Origin: an uncultured Aureitalea sp.
GTDB taxonomy: Bacteria; Bacteroidota; Bacteroidia; Flavobacteriales; Flavobacteriaceae
Reading direction: 5' to 3'
Assembly (NCBI GenBank): GCA_964614415.1
Contig: CAZTLE010000002.1
Span: 4,027-68,026 of the forward strand
DNA length: 64,000 bases
A program made the translations under genes and the position numbers. The notes beneath the pieces are model-generated. The model saw nothing but the letters and a program-made list of their open reading frames with translations, ran no database searches and was not told the DNA's origin. Of this stretch, positions 46,221 to 56,830 are shown piece by piece; the stretch's first letter is position 1, and each line of letters opens with the position of its first letter.

Positions 46221-46867
46221 TTTTCGGCTAATACCGTGATTCCCCCCTTTACTTTCTCATTGATAGATACATTCACCTTGGTACCCAGCGGCAGGAAGAC
46301 ATCCACGCGTGATCCGAATTTTATGAATCCGCTTTCCGATGCCTGGTCAATATGGGTGCCTTCTTCCGCATAATTTATAATCCGTTTGGCCAGGGCACCC
46401 GCAATTTGCCTGTGGAGCACATCACCAAACCCGCCTGATCTAACTACTACGGTGGTCCGTTCGTTTTCTTCGGAAGACTTTGGATGCCAGGCAACAAGAT
46501 ATTTCCCCGGGTGGTATTTGCTGAACACGATGTTGCCTCCTACGGGGTAACGCGTTACATGAACGTTGAGCGGCGACATGAATACTGAGATCTGAAGTCG
46601 TTTATCCTTAAAATATTCTTTCTCAAATACCTCTTCAATAACTACCACTTTGCCATCCACAGGAGAAAGAACATGGTCCGTATTTAATGAAAACTGACGT
46701 TTAGGGTTTCGGAAGAACTGCAATACCAAGACTAACAGGACGGTAAGCGTAAGTATTATAATGCCCTTTATCAGGGTGTCTTCCACAAGCCTGCTAACGG
46801 CAATACTAGCCACTACGCAAATACTAAGCGCAATGAGGATGATCTTAAATCCTTCTTTATGAAACAT
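46217..46867 (-). CDS. psd: phosphatidylserine decarboxylase family protein
   Basis: N-terminal TM helices, FGSRVDVFLP proenzyme cleavage-type motif, 216 aa. Confidence 0.8.
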   Translation of the reverse strand: MFHKEGFKIILIALSICVVASIAVSRLVEDTLIKGIIILTLTVLLVLVLQFFRNPKRQFSLNTDHVLSPVDGKVVVIEEVFEKEYFKDKRLQISVFMSPLNVHVTRYPVGGNIVFSKYHPGKYLVAWHPKSSEENERTTVVVRSGGFGDVLHRQIAGALAKRIINYAEEGTHIDQASESGFIKFGSRVDVFLPLGTKVNVSINEKVKGGITVLAEK

Positions 46868-47660
46868 AGTCTACGAGTTGCAAAAATGCATAAATAAAAG
46901 GGCTGGTGTAAACGATACTGTCCAGCCTGTCATAGATACCTCCATGTCCGGGCATCAAACTTCCACTGTCCTTTACCCCGGCCTGACGCTTAAACTTGGA
47001 CTGGATCAAATCGCCCAGGGTGCCTAAAAATGTAACGATCACGGCCATGATTATCCAGACCTTCAGGCTATAGAGTTGGGTATAATCAAAGATAAGAAAA
47101 CTCATAGTCACAGTACCCAATAATCCACCCAGAAACCCTTCAACTGTTTTCTTGGGAGAGACACGCTCCATGAGCTTGCGTTTTCCGAAGTTCTTTCCTA
47201 CCAGGTAGGCGAATGTATCGTTGGCCCAGATCATGATGAACACCGCGATGATAAGGTAGGGTTCGAAGGCTCCATTCTTAAAAGGAATAAGGGTTATAAA
47301 GACGAAGCCCGTGATGATGTAAAACAGGATTAGAATGTATTTCTTGTTTTCGAAGAGCGGAATGCGGTGTACGACCAGGAGGTCCCTGAACAAAAACAGA
47401 TTGACAAAACAAGCCAGTATCAACAAGACAAGTACGGCATTCTGGTCGAAGATGTCATAACTGAAAAAATAGAGGAATACAGGTAGCAGGGCATAGGAGA
47501 CATAACTCTTTATGTCGATAAGCTTCAGGAACTCGTACAGTGTAATCCATCCAAGTCCAAGGAACAGTGCGATGAACCATTCCCTCGAAGCGAACATGGA
47601 AAAAATAACGATAGAAATGTAGAGGATGCCGGAGATAGACCGAACAATGAGTTCCTTCAT
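46857..47660 (-). CDS. cdsA: phosphatidate cytidylyltransferase
   Basis: Polytopic. C-terminal SKFKRQAGVKDSGSLMPGHGGIYDRLDS signature. Confidence 0.85.
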   Translation of the reverse strand: MKELIVRSISGILYISIVIFSMFASREWFIALFLGLGWITLYEFLKLIDIKSYVSYALLPVFLYFFSYDIFDQNAVLVLLILACFVNLFLFRDLLVVHRIPLFENKKYILILFYIITGFVFITLIPFKNGAFEPYLIIAVFIMIWANDTFAYLVGKNFGKRKLMERVSPKKTVEGFLGGLLGTVTMSFLIFDYTQLYSLKVWIIMAVIVTFLGTLGDLIQSKFKRQAGVKDSGSLMPGHGGIYDRLDSIVYTSPFIYAFLQLVDYVS

Positions 47661-47661
47661 A

Positions 47662-48264
47662 TTACAAGTCTTCCAGAAGCAGTAAATATAGGTTTTTTGT
47701 ACTACTTCCGTAACTCATAAAATCCTTTTCTTTGTCCGATTCGAAATCCTGAATGGTAGTAATATTACTGGGGATATAACTGCGGCTTTGATTCTTAATG
47801 ATACGAAGTCCTTCGCTAATTGTTTCAACCAATTGGCTCGTAGTGGCGAAGATCACGAAGTTCGCCGGGAGTTCATTGAGTTTTTTCTCTTTGATCTGAT
47901 TGGAGCACAATAGTATGGATCCGTTATTGGCCACTAAGGATTCGCAGGTGGACAGGAAAAACGAAGACGAGGACTTCAACCCGAAACTCAGGTTAAATCC
48001 GTCAAAACGAGCACTGAGTTGCTCGTTAATACACATCACATCCCGTTCGTACCAGTCATTTTCAAGGAGAATGTTATCGAAAGCCTCCATGACCTCCTCC
48101 ATACTCTCACAGTACAGGAATTTGCCTCCGTTCTTGTTAAAATTGTACGTGAACTTCTCGTCGGTAGGTAGTTTTTCCTCAGGGAAATACTTACTACGCT
48201 CGGAAGAACGGAGCTTATCTTCCGACTTGTAATTCGGGTTTAAAAGTCTCTTAAACAGACTCAT
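47662..48264 (-). CDS. LUD (LutC/YkgG-like) domain protein
   Basis: STCESLVANNGSILLCSN...LPANFVIFATTSQLVETISEGL resembles the LUD domain core. Confidence 0.55.
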   Translation of the reverse strand: MSLFKRLLNPNYKSEDKLRSSERSKYFPEEKLPTDEKFTYNFNKNGGKFLYCESMEEVMEAFDNILLENDWYERDVMCINEQLSARFDGFNLSFGLKSSSSFFLSTCESLVANNGSILLCSNQIKEKKLNELPANFVIFATTSQLVETISEGLRIIKNQSRSYIPSNITTIQDFESDKEKDFMSYGSSTKNLYLLLLEDL

Positions 48265-48372
48265 TCAATCTCAATTGAGGAGTTTTTACACGTTAATCAC
48301 CAAATATATAAAATCTGCGGCGAAGTAGGTGCGTGTTTAAACTGTCTTTTGAGACAGAAGATCGAAATAGAT

Positions 48373-50319
48373 CTAGGACGCGGCGACTTTGGGTTCCTCT
48401 TCCGATTTCTCGAAAGGACGGGCTCCAAAAATACGTTCCAGCGTTTCCTTAAAGATAACCTCTTTTTCCAACAGTTCGTTGGCAAGTTCGGTGAGCTTAT
48501 CTTTGTATTTTTCCAGAAGTGAAATAGCCCGCTGGTATTGTTCCTCAACAATATTGGAAATTTCCTTGTCGATCATCTCCGCGGTCTTTTCGCTATACGG
48601 TTTGGTGAATCCGTATTCAGTCTGACCCGAGGAATCGTAATATGTGAGGTTTCCAATCTTATCATTGAGGCCATAAATGGTTACCATGGCACGAGCTTGC
48701 TTGGTTACTTTTTCGAGATCACTTAGCGCTCCGGTTGAAATCTGGTCAAAGATCACCTTTTCCGCGGCACGTCCACCCAAAGCGGCACACATCTCGTCCA
48801 GCATTTGCTCCGGACGAACGATAAGTCGCTCTTCGGGTAGATACCAGGCGGCTCCCAGTGATTGCCCACGGGGAACAATGGTAACCTTTACAAGCGGAGC
48901 AGCGTGCTCCAACATCCAACTTACGGTAGCATGTCCGGCTTCATGGAAAGCGATCGCTTTCTTTTCTTCCGGAGTAATGATCTTGTTCTTCTTTTCCAGT
49001 CCACCAACAATTCGATCCACTGCATCAAGGAAGTCTTGCTTACCTACAGCCTTCTTTTCATTACGGGCAGCAATGAGCGCTGCTTCGTTACATACATTCG
49101 CAATATCCGCACCCGAGAACCCCGGCGTTTGCTTGGAGAGGAAATCGGTATCTACGGTTTTATCTTTTTTCAAGGGGCGTAAATGCACCTCAAATATTTC
49201 TTTTCGCTCCCGAACATCAGGCAGATCAACATAGATCTGTCGGTCGAATCGACCTGCTCGCATAAGTGCCTTGTCGAGGACATCGGCACGGTTGGTAGCC
49301 GCCAATACTATGACATTGGTGTTAGTACCAAAACCATCCATTTCCGTGAGAAGCTGGTTCAACGTATTTTCCCGCTCGTCGTTAGAGCCAGAGAAATTGT
49401 TCTTACCACGCGCGCGCCCAATGGCATCAATCTCGTCGATAAAAATGATGGACGGCGATTTTTCTTTAGCCTGCTTAAAAAGATCACGTACCCTGGAAGC
49501 TCCCACACCCACGAACATTTCCACAAAGTCCGATCCGGACAGGGAGAAAAAAGGTACTTTGGCCTCACCGGCAACTGCCTTGGCCAATAATGTTTTTCCC
49601 GTTCCGGGAGGTCCTACAAGCAGGGCTCCCTTTGGGATCTTACCTCCCAGAGAGGTGTATTTGGTCGGGTTCTTCAGGAAGTCCACAATTTCCTGTACTT
49701 CTTCTTTCGCGCCTTCCAGTCCGGCCACATCCTTGAACGACGTTTTCACGTCTGTTTTTTCATCGAAGAGCTTGGCCTTGGACTTTCCGATATTGAAAAT
49801 CTGGCCTCCGGCTCCTCCGCCGGCTCCCGCAGACATACGTCGCATGATGAAGATCCAAATTCCGATTATGACAATAAACGGAAGGAGGGTGAGGAAGATA
49901 TCTCCAAAGAGGTTCTCCTCTGTTTTTATGTCGTACTGCGTCGCTAATTGGTTATCGCTAATTATAGGTTTGAAGGTGTTCTCAAAATTCTGAAGATCGC
50001 CTATCTCGAATTCATAATCCGGATCATTGGGACCCGCCGGAAGAAAATTACTGCTCTTCTTTTGGGCATGCTCCGGTTTGGTCTTGGCGTCGGGTGTAAG
50101 AAATACTTTAACCTTCTTTTTATTGACAATGAGGAACTTGTCCACATCACCTTTAGCGAGGAAATCCTCAAACTGGGATTGGGTTATATCTTTAGGTTGA
50201 CTCCAACTTCCCCCACCAAAAAATTGAATGCCTAGAAAAACAAGAATAATAGCCGCGTAGATCCAATAGGCATTGAATCGTGGTTTTCTTGCTTCGGGTT
50301 TTTTATTTTCTTCTGCCAT
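48373..50319 (-). CDS. ftsH: ATP-dependent zinc metalloprotease FtsH
   Basis: GPPGTGKT Walker A, DEIDA Walker B, HEAGH zinc motif, two N-terminal TM helices. Confidence 0.95.
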   Translation of the reverse strand: MAEENKKPEARKPRFNAYWIYAAIILVFLGIQFFGGGSWSQPKDITQSQFEDFLAKGDVDKFLIVNKKKVKVFLTPDAKTKPEHAQKKSSNFLPAGPNDPDYEFEIGDLQNFENTFKPIISDNQLATQYDIKTEENLFGDIFLTLLPFIVIIGIWIFIMRRMSAGAGGGAGGQIFNIGKSKAKLFDEKTDVKTSFKDVAGLEGAKEEVQEIVDFLKNPTKYTSLGGKIPKGALLVGPPGTGKTLLAKAVAGEAKVPFFSLSGSDFVEMFVGVGASRVRDLFKQAKEKSPSIIFIDEIDAIGRARGKNNFSGSNDERENTLNQLLTEMDGFGTNTNVIVLAATNRADVLDKALMRAGRFDRQIYVDLPDVRERKEIFEVHLRPLKKDKTVDTDFLSKQTPGFSGADIANVCNEAALIAARNEKKAVGKQDFLDAVDRIVGGLEKKNKIITPEEKKAIAFHEAGHATVSWMLEHAAPLVKVTIVPRGQSLGAAWYLPEERLIVRPEQMLDEMCAALGGRAAEKVIFDQISTGALSDLEKVTKQARAMVTIYGLNDKIGNLTYYDSSGQTEYGFTKPYSEKTAEMIDKEISNIVEEQYQRAISLLEKYKDKLTELANELLEKEVIFKETLERIFGARPFEKSEEEPKVAAS

Positions 50320-50330
50320 TAGGCTCTTTT

Positions 50331-50702
50331 TTAGATTGTCGTTTCGATCTTAACAGATTTGGCGTCTCCCCATAGTCCTTCAATATCATAGAACTCGCGG
50401 ATATGCTTTTGGAAGACATGTACTACAATGTGCACATAATCTATTAAAACCCATTCTGCGTTATCACTACCCTCTACATGCCAGGGTTTCTCACCTAGGG
50501 TTTTGCTTACAAGTTTCTGAACCGAATTTACGATAGCGTTAACCTGCGTATTGGAAGTTCCGTTGCAGATAATGAAATAGTCACATACGGTATTCTCTAT
50601 CTCCCTAAGGTCAAGAATTTCAATTTCTTGCCCTTTTACCTCTTCAATTCCTTTAATAATTTGTGTTATAAGTTGGTCTGTTCCTATTTCCTTTTTAGAC
50701 AT
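50331..50702 (-). CDS. rsfS: ribosome silencing factor
   Basis: 123 aa. DYFIICNGTSNTQVNAI...WVLIDYVHIVVHVF is iojap/RsfS-like. Confidence 0.85.
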   Translation of the reverse strand: MSKKEIGTDQLITQIIKGIEEVKGQEIEILDLREIENTVCDYFIICNGTSNTQVNAIVNSVQKLVSKTLGEKPWHVEGSDNAEWVLIDYVHIVVHVFQKHIREFYDIEGLWGDAKSVKIETTI

Positions 50703-50796
50703 TAAAAATTTTTATTTGCACAAAGTTATTACTTTTTTGTTTCTTGAGTCGTTCTGGCTCATTAACATTAACAGAATCTTAATTCCTTTATTCTCC

Positions 50797-51525
50797 GTGA
50801 AACAGATCAAACTTGATGCCATTGATTCCACAAATTCGTTCCTGCGAGCACTTGCCAGGGAAGAAGGGTTGGTGGAGTCGGTGCTGGTCGTCGCCGAAGA
50901 GCAAACCAAAGGCAAGGGTCAACAGGGAAATCACTGGAGGTCTGTTCGCGGTCAAAGCCTTACGTTTAGTGTCTTTAGAAGGTTTGGAACCTTACCCATG
51001 GCCGATCAATTTATGATCGTTCAGGCGATTTCTCTTGCCGTGAAAAACACATTAGAACGTTTTGGCGTTCCCGCTGTCATGATCAAATGGCCCAACGACA
51101 TTATGTCAGCCTCCCGAAAAATATGTGGAATTCTTATTGAAAGTACTTCGGAATCAGGAACCGTGAAAGATGTGGTTATGGGCGTGGGACTTAACGTGAA
51201 TGAAGTTGAATTCGACGATCTGCCGCGAGCGACCTCAATGAAACTGGCAACAGGAACTCACTTTAATCTCAATGAGGTTCTCAATGGTTTGGCTGATGCT
51301 ATTATGAGTGAAACGGCTATGATACCGGAAGCTGCGGCTCAAATCCGTACCCGCTACGCGGAAGGACTTTTTAAGAAGGACGCGGTCCAGGCATTTGAAG
51401 ATGCCAGCGGTCACCGGTTTAACGGAATTATTCGCGGGGTAGAAGATCAGGGTAGCCTCATAATCGAAATGGAAGATGAAGTACTTCGCACCTTTCGGAA
51501 CAAAGAGATCCGGATGCTCTTCTAG
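50797..51525 (+). CDS. birA: biotin--[acetyl-CoA-carboxylase] ligase
   Basis: IKLDAIDSTNSFL and QTKGKGQQGNHW (GRGRxGRxW-like) motifs. A GTG start at 50797 gives the usual N-terminus, whereas the TTG at 50716 adds an implausible extension. Confidence 0.75.
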   Translation: MKQIKLDAIDSTNSFLRALAREEGLVESVLVVAEEQTKGKGQQGNHWRSVRGQSLTFSVFRRFGTLPMADQFMIVQAISLAVKNTLERFGVPAVMIKWPNDIMSASRKICGILIESTSESGTVKDVVMGVGLNVNEVEFDDLPRATSMKLATGTHFNLNEVLNGLADAIMSETAMIPEAAAQIRTRYAEGLFKKDAVQAFEDASGHRFNGIIRGVEDQGSLIIEMEDEVLRTFRNKEIRMLF

Positions 51526-51914
51526 AGAGACTCCATGTTGCCCACCAGAGTTTCCAGAAATTTGGTAATAGGTCCTTTGATCATCATAGCCATCATGGCG
51601 TTGAATTGCCCTTCGAACAACAGGTCTGCGACGGATGTGCCTGCCTCCTGATCGGCAATGTTCCCGGTAAGCGTAAAGGGAAGCTTGTCGCTCATAGCTC
51701 CCAGGACCACTTTGTTTGGGGTCTCAACCTCTTTTACTTCCAGGGCGATCTCGGGCATTCCCTTCAATGCAAATACAAACGCGTTTTCACCAATCACTTC
51801 AAATTTGTCGGTATTCTCCGGCATAAGTTGTTCGAAGTTTTTGACATCGCTTAAAAATTCACAAAGTTCGGCCGCTGATTTTTGAACGGTTACCTGTCTG
51901 CTTTTTAGTTCCAT
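51522..51914 (-). CDS. SRPBCC (START/polyketide cyclase-like) family protein
   Basis: 130 aa. The pattern of beta strands and a terminal helix is typical of SRPBCC. There is no catalytic motif, so the assignment is tentative. Confidence 0.45.
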   Translation of the reverse strand: MELKSRQVTVQKSAAELCEFLSDVKNFEQLMPENTDKFEVIGENAFVFALKGMPEIALEVKEVETPNKVVLGAMSDKLPFTLTGNIADQEAGTSVADLLFEGQFNAMMAMMIKGPITKFLETLVGNMESL

Positions 51915-52056
51915 GCGTTTGCTGCTGTTTATTGGGTTTTTTCAACTATTGATCGAATCACAACAATGTGTTTTGCGGTTGCCATATTATTCTATTAATT
52001 TGCATCACTAACACAGCCATTTTTTCGCTGATTCTCGTAAGAACGAACGCCAGCAA

Positions 52057-52686
52057 ATGTATAAAGTTTTTGTGAAAGATATTCCCATAATCCTTTCTAC
52101 GAGGAAGAACATTGGGAAACAGTATACCGCGATTCCTCTAAAGCTGGCGCGCTTTAAGCATCTTGTCAAGCAGATTAATAAGGGACATCTCTTGTATGTC
52201 AATCTATACCACAAGAACGAAGAGAAACTGGAACGGTTCCTCCGCAAGAAATTACCGGTTGTAGAAGCAGCCGGGGGGCTGGTGTTTAACAGTAAAAAGG
52301 AGATCCTTTTTATCCGGCGTAATGATCGCTGGGATCTTCCAAAAGGCGGTATCGAAAAGGATGAAACGTATCAGGAAGCCGCCGTCAGGGAAGTCGAAGA
52401 AGAAACAGGTGTTACCGGCCTTGAGATCCGTCGTTTCATCGATAAGACTTATCACATATTCCGTCGTAACGGAAAATTCAAACTAAAAATTACTTACTGG
52501 TACGAGATGTACACCGAGTACAAGGGTGATTTTACTCCGCAGCGTAACGAAGGAATTAAAAAGGCGCGCTGGAAGAACTTCGAAAAGACGCAGAAAGCCC
52601 TTCAGGATTCCTATGAAAATATCAAATTACTCTTTCCGCAGGAATATCTAACCACCCACCCTAATGACAGGATATCGCAGGTGTGA
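52057..52686 (+). CDS. NUDIX hydrolase
   Basis: Nudix box GGIEKDETYQEAAVREVEEETGV. Confidence 0.85.
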   Translation: MYKVFVKDIPIILSTRKNIGKQYTAIPLKLARFKHLVKQINKGHLLYVNLYHKNEEKLERFLRKKLPVVEAAGGLVFNSKKEILFIRRNDRWDLPKGGIEKDETYQEAAVREVEEETGVTGLEIRRFIDKTYHIFRRNGKFKLKITYWYEMYTEYKGDFTPQRNEGIKKARWKNFEKTQKALQDSYENIKLLFPQEYLTTHPNDRISQV

Positions 52687-54402
52687 CGATTCGTAATTAG
52701 GGGATTTTTTATGGATCCAATCCAACTGCGCATACCAATTGGCTGCAAAATTGGGATCACCGGCTTTCTTTTCTTCGAATTCTTGTTTGATGTCCGGGTT
52801 TGCATCCAGGAATGCCGCCGCTTTGTCTTCCCATACATACGGTGAAAACCCTTCTTTTTGCTGAAGAATGGTGTCGAAGAAATTCCAGTTGAAGTAGGAA
52901 TCCGGTGCCGAGGGTTCCAGGGTCTCCATGATGAATCGGATACCCTCCTGATCTGTATTCACAACATAATCCCCTCTTTTCATTGTGATGGTTTCCGTAG
53001 TAGTTTCGGTAGTTGTACCATAGTGCAGGTAATGACCTTCGTAAGCTCTACGGACGGTTTGGTAGTCTGCAATTCGGTAAACTTCGGCCGTGACCGTAGT
53101 GTCCCGTTGTAACCGGTCTACCCGTATCTTATGGGATCGCAACGCTCTAACAATATTCCACCAACCCTGGGGAATGTAATATTGTGCAGGTATGATCACC
53201 GAGTCGACGGGGGTGAAATAATTGTAGTAGGTAACGTCTTTTGTGAAGGGCCTTGTGCGGTCGTATCGCAGTCGTTGTGCTCCGGTAAGGTCACTGGTAA
53301 CCATTTCGGCCTCATAGCCTTTAAAAGACAGGGTGGAAGTCTTGGTGCTGTCTATGCGCCATCCTATGGGGTAGTGATCCCCCGGTTTGTATTGAGACCG
53401 AGCGTTCTTTCTAAGTTCGCGTATTAGCTCGAAGTCGGCATCGGCGATTTGAATAAAGCTCTTCATGAGTTCCAGAGTTCCTTCTACTCTGGATTTATAA
53501 GGTTTCAACATATGGGTTTCGACCATCATACCCAATGTGTTGAACAAGGCTGTGTATCCGGTAGAATATCTGGGATTGTCCAAAAACTGAGAAAATCCGT
53601 TCTCAGGGGTGCGGTTAAATACATTTACATAGGGCGTTATATCCCATTCCTTCTGTGCCAGTGAATCTTCCAGTTTTGGCATTAGCGAAGTGTGCAGGTA
53701 GTCGCCCAAAGCGCCTCCTAATTTATTATGTTGCGTGAATAAGTGGGTTAGCACATATTGATAATCGGCTCCATTACTCACGTGATTGTCAATGAACAGA
53801 TCGGGGTTAAGCATATTAAAAACTTCAGCAAAAACCTGCGCATTTCGCGTATCGGCTTTTATAAAGTCCCTATTAAGGTCGTAATTTCTCGCATTTCCCC
53901 GGAAACCGTATGCCTCGGGACCATTTTGATTGGTACGGGTCGTACTATTCCGGTTGAGCGCGCCACCAATATTGTAGACCGGAATAACCGCAATGATCGT
54001 GTTTTCGGGAGCCGGAATTTTGCCTTCGGCCATATCCCGGACCAACATCATACTGGCGTCGATACCATCACTTTCTCCGGGGTGAATTCCATTGTTAATA
54101 AGAAGTATGTTCTTATCCCTTCTGTCGGCGAATTCCGACTCGAACGAGCGGTCGGGATTGAAAGTCACTAGATGCAGAGGTTCGCCACTATCGGTCCTAT
54201 CCATTTCATAGATTGCCACAGAGTTGTAGGCTTCGGAAAGGTTTTCATAAAACGCTGTCACTTCTTCGTAGGTTGCCGTCTCTTTTCCCGCTGATTTCTC
54301 AAATCTGGTTTCAAAGTCAAATTCCGAGGGATCCGGGTCGGAACCACAGGAACACAATACACAAACAATCAAAATAAATGAGGCGAATGCAGTTTTCTTC
54401 AT
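52648..54402 (-). CDS. M14 family zinc carboxypeptidase lipoprotein
   Basis: Lipobox VLCSCGS. NNGIHPGESDG (HxxE) zinc motif. ATG at 54402 (MKKTAFASF). Confidence 0.8.
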   Translation of the reverse strand: MKKTAFASFILIVCVLCSCGSDPDPSEFDFETRFEKSAGKETATYEEVTAFYENLSEAYNSVAIYEMDRTDSGEPLHLVTFNPDRSFESEFADRRDKNILLINNGIHPGESDGIDASMMLVRDMAEGKIPAPENTIIAVIPVYNIGGALNRNSTTRTNQNGPEAYGFRGNARNYDLNRDFIKADTRNAQVFAEVFNMLNPDLFIDNHVSNGADYQYVLTHLFTQHNKLGGALGDYLHTSLMPKLEDSLAQKEWDITPYVNVFNRTPENGFSQFLDNPRYSTGYTALFNTLGMMVETHMLKPYKSRVEGTLELMKSFIQIADADFELIRELRKNARSQYKPGDHYPIGWRIDSTKTSTLSFKGYEAEMVTSDLTGAQRLRYDRTRPFTKDVTYYNYFTPVDSVIIPAQYYIPQGWWNIVRALRSHKIRVDRLQRDTTVTAEVYRIADYQTVRRAYEGHYLHYGTTTETTTETITMKRGDYVVNTDQEGIRFIMETLEPSAPDSYFNWNFFDTILQQKEGFSPYVWEDKAAAFLDANPDIKQEFEEKKAGDPNFAANWYAQLDWIHKKSPNYESSHLRYPVIRVGG

Positions 54403-54651
54403 TGGAAAGGATTTGACGCTAAATGTAAGGAAAACTACCCAGAGAAACTGCGACAATTTGCCTATTTGATTTTGCGATTATTACTTCAAATTATCCGGTT
54501 ATGACTGAGGCGATGCACTTATTAAATGAGCCATGGAATATCTCAATTTAATCTCGAACTTCAAGGTAGAATCAATGATTCGGAGACCTTGTTAGGAATA
54601 CAATTTCAAGGAAGGATCATGGTCATTTTATTAACTAAAAAATCTTTAACT

Positions 54652-55641
54652 ATGAAGAGAATTACCTCACTGTTGTCTGTCGTTTTGTTTGCTGGAATCA
54701 TGTGTGCGCAAGGGCAGATCACAATTTCTGAAAAAGGAATCGAATTAGAAACATCCGTATCGGTGACTCAGCAGGATCAAATAAGTGCTCAGGAAATTGA
54801 TCAGAGTAGAGATGCTTGCAGCCAGGGGAACTCCGCGGGAGATATTCTCGGAGCGGCAGGATCTTCTCCCGAAAGTGGTTTTATCGGGGCTGTTGATGTG
54901 ATTGTACCGGCGGATGAGTTTTTCACGTTGGAAAGCGTCACTTCTAATTTCCTGACCGTCAATTCGGAGGCCACATTGCCTGATTTTGCAACCGTTATTT
55001 ACTATGAGGACGACGGTTCCGGATTCCCGGGAGCGGAAATTTCTTCGGAATCCGGCATTCCCGTTACCGTTAATTCAACCATGCCCTGGGTGAACCCGGC
55101 CGCAGACGTTCACGAAGTCGAGTTTAATGTAACTCCTTTTACGTTTGATGGACAGGCAGGGACAGAAACACGATACTGGATTGGGATTCAAATGTCAAAC
55201 AATATTTTTAGTGGTAGTAATTTCTTTGAAATGAGAGAAGATCCGGTAAATCCTTCCAATGTTCTTGTGGGAGAGCCATTTGTACAGTTTGACGCAAATA
55301 CTGCTACATGGGGCTATGTTGACTTTGGCAATGGGAATGGTCCCGAAGATGAGGCCGAGGGCTTTTATACTTTGAACGGGGATTGTGATGTGCTAAGCAC
55401 AGAATCATTTGATCTTTCGAGCGTAACCGTTTATCCGAATCCGGCCAGCGATGCGATTAACCTGAAAGTTCCCTCAGGAATCGATGTCCTATCGGTGGAA
55501 GTATACGATGTTTTGGGTAAAACGGTCAAAATGGTCATTGACACTAAAGCGGTCAATGTTTCGGACCTTTCACCCGGAATATATGTATTACATGCGCGAA
55601 CATCTGCGGGTGTTCTCACCAGGAAAATTATGAAAAAATAG
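54652..55641 (+). CDS. T9SS C-terminal sorting domain protein (array member 1)
   Basis: Signal peptide MKRITSLLSVVLFAGIMCAQ. CTD VTVYPNPASDAINLKVP...VEVYDVLGKTV...GIYVLHARTSAGVLTRKIMKK. Confidence 0.8.
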   Translation: MKRITSLLSVVLFAGIMCAQGQITISEKGIELETSVSVTQQDQISAQEIDQSRDACSQGNSAGDILGAAGSSPESGFIGAVDVIVPADEFFTLESVTSNFLTVNSEATLPDFATVIYYEDDGSGFPGAEISSESGIPVTVNSTMPWVNPAADVHEVEFNVTPFTFDGQAGTETRYWIGIQMSNNIFSGSNFFEMREDPVNPSNVLVGEPFVQFDANTATWGYVDFGNGNGPEDEAEGFYTLNGDCDVLSTESFDLSSVTVYPNPASDAINLKVPSGIDVLSVEVYDVLGKTVKMVIDTKAVNVSDLSPGIYVLHARTSAGVLTRKIMKK

Positions 55642-55663
55642 GAGTTAAATACCTTCTCTAAAG

Positions 55664-55695
55664 AGCCCCGGCACTAAAACCCGGGGCTTTTTTTT
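55664..55695 (+). terminator. Rho-independent terminator, stem AGCCCCGG/CCGGGGCT
   Basis: agccccgg (55664-55671) pairs with ccggggct (55681-55688), followed by a T-run. Confidence 0.85.
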
Positions 55696-55812
55696 GTGCT
55701 TTTTTCGGGGAAAATTTGATCGGCAATTACTGCAAATTAGCCTTTAACGTAAAATTAACCGTATTATTTTCTATCTTAGACTCAGCCATTTTTAAACCAA
55801 TAACCTAAAATT

Positions 55813-56745
55813 ATGAGAAAAATTACATTACTAAGTCTCTTAGTGACTGCTTTTGCTTTCGCACAACAGCCACAGAGCTTTTCTGAAGTAGACCTCTCTA
55901 CTGTGAACACCGATCCTATTAATTCTAATGGGACTGAAATTGTAAGTGCTACCGAAGGTGGTACTAGTACGTACACCGACCGGGCCACATGGCAAACCGA
56001 CTATGGTACCGATTGCGGTGGAACATTAGCCCTTGAAGACTTTAGCGCGCTTCCGGCAGGTGTAACTACTTGTGGACCGCTTATTAGTTCGGCAGGAGAC
56101 CTTTGTTTTGCTCCCGGTGGCGTGATTGACGGATTTAGCGTTGAGCCTTCGTTGGTAGCCGGTGGTGACGGAAATGCCGTAGGTATTTCGACGGGTACGA
56201 TCGGAAATAGTACCGGACTCGTTGGGGCCAATAGTTTTGCCGAATTTACAATTATTAACTTCTCACCGGCTGTATACGCTGCAGGAATGGATATCTGGAA
56301 TAACTCAGATCCGATGACAGATGTTCGTCTGTTTGATGAGTCTAACAACCTGATCGACTCGTTTACATTGAACAACACTGTTGCTGCCGAGGATTTCTTC
56401 GGATTTATTACTAACGTTGCGGTTGCACGTGTTGAAGTTGAAGAGTTCAACGGTGGTGGAGACCTTATTGGTAACCTCGAGTTTGGAGATTGCCCACTTT
56501 CTGTGGACAATGTACTGTTATCTCAAATTTCAGTATTCCCGAACCCGGCTTCCGATATCCTGAACGTAAAAGTTCCTGTAGGTGTTGAGATCGAGGCCGT
56601 ACAGATGTATGATATCCTTGGAAAAGTAGTGAGCAACACAATCAGCAATGGAGAAATTAATGTTGCCGATCTTGCAAGAGGTGTTTATATTTTGAATTTG
56701 AAGACTTCTGCAGGTACGCTTACAGAAAAGATCATTAAGAGATAA
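55813..56745 (+). CDS. T9SS C-terminal sorting domain protein (array member 2)
   Basis: Signal peptide. Conserved Cys-containing N-domain shared with member 3. CTD ISVFPNPASDILNVKVP...GVYILNLKTSAGTLTEKIIKR. Confidence 0.8.
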   Translation: MRKITLLSLLVTAFAFAQQPQSFSEVDLSTVNTDPINSNGTEIVSATEGGTSTYTDRATWQTDYGTDCGGTLALEDFSALPAGVTTCGPLISSAGDLCFAPGGVIDGFSVEPSLVAGGDGNAVGISTGTIGNSTGLVGANSFAEFTIINFSPAVYAAGMDIWNNSDPMTDVRLFDESNNLIDSFTLNNTVAAEDFFGFITNVAVARVEVEEFNGGGDLIGNLEFGDCPLSVDNVLLSQISVFPNPASDILNVKVPVGVEIEAVQMYDILGKVVSNTISNGEINVADLARGVYILNLKTSAGTLTEKIIKR

Positions 56746-56766
56746 GGAATAATTATTGCACGATGG

Positions 56767-56795
56767 AGCCCCGGTTGTCGCCGGGGCTTTTTTTA
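56767..56795 (+). terminator. Rho-independent terminator, stem AGCCCCGG/CCGGGGCT
   Basis: agccccgg (56767-56774) pairs with ccggggct (56781-56788), followed by ttttttt. Confidence 0.85.
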
Positions 56796-56830
56796 TACCT
56801 TTATACGTGAGCGACATAAGGAATACCAAA

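Noticed and set aside
48677-49993. 185 aa and 240 aa plus-strand ORFs, antisense to ftsH
   Set aside because: ftsH is certain (Walker A/B, HEAGH). The antisense products are Ser/Arg/Pro-rich, typical of shadow frames.
56001-56510. 169 aa minus-strand ORF, antisense to T9SS array member 2
   Set aside because: The sense gene has a signal peptide, a paralog and a CTD. The antisense product is Ser/Pro-rich with no features.
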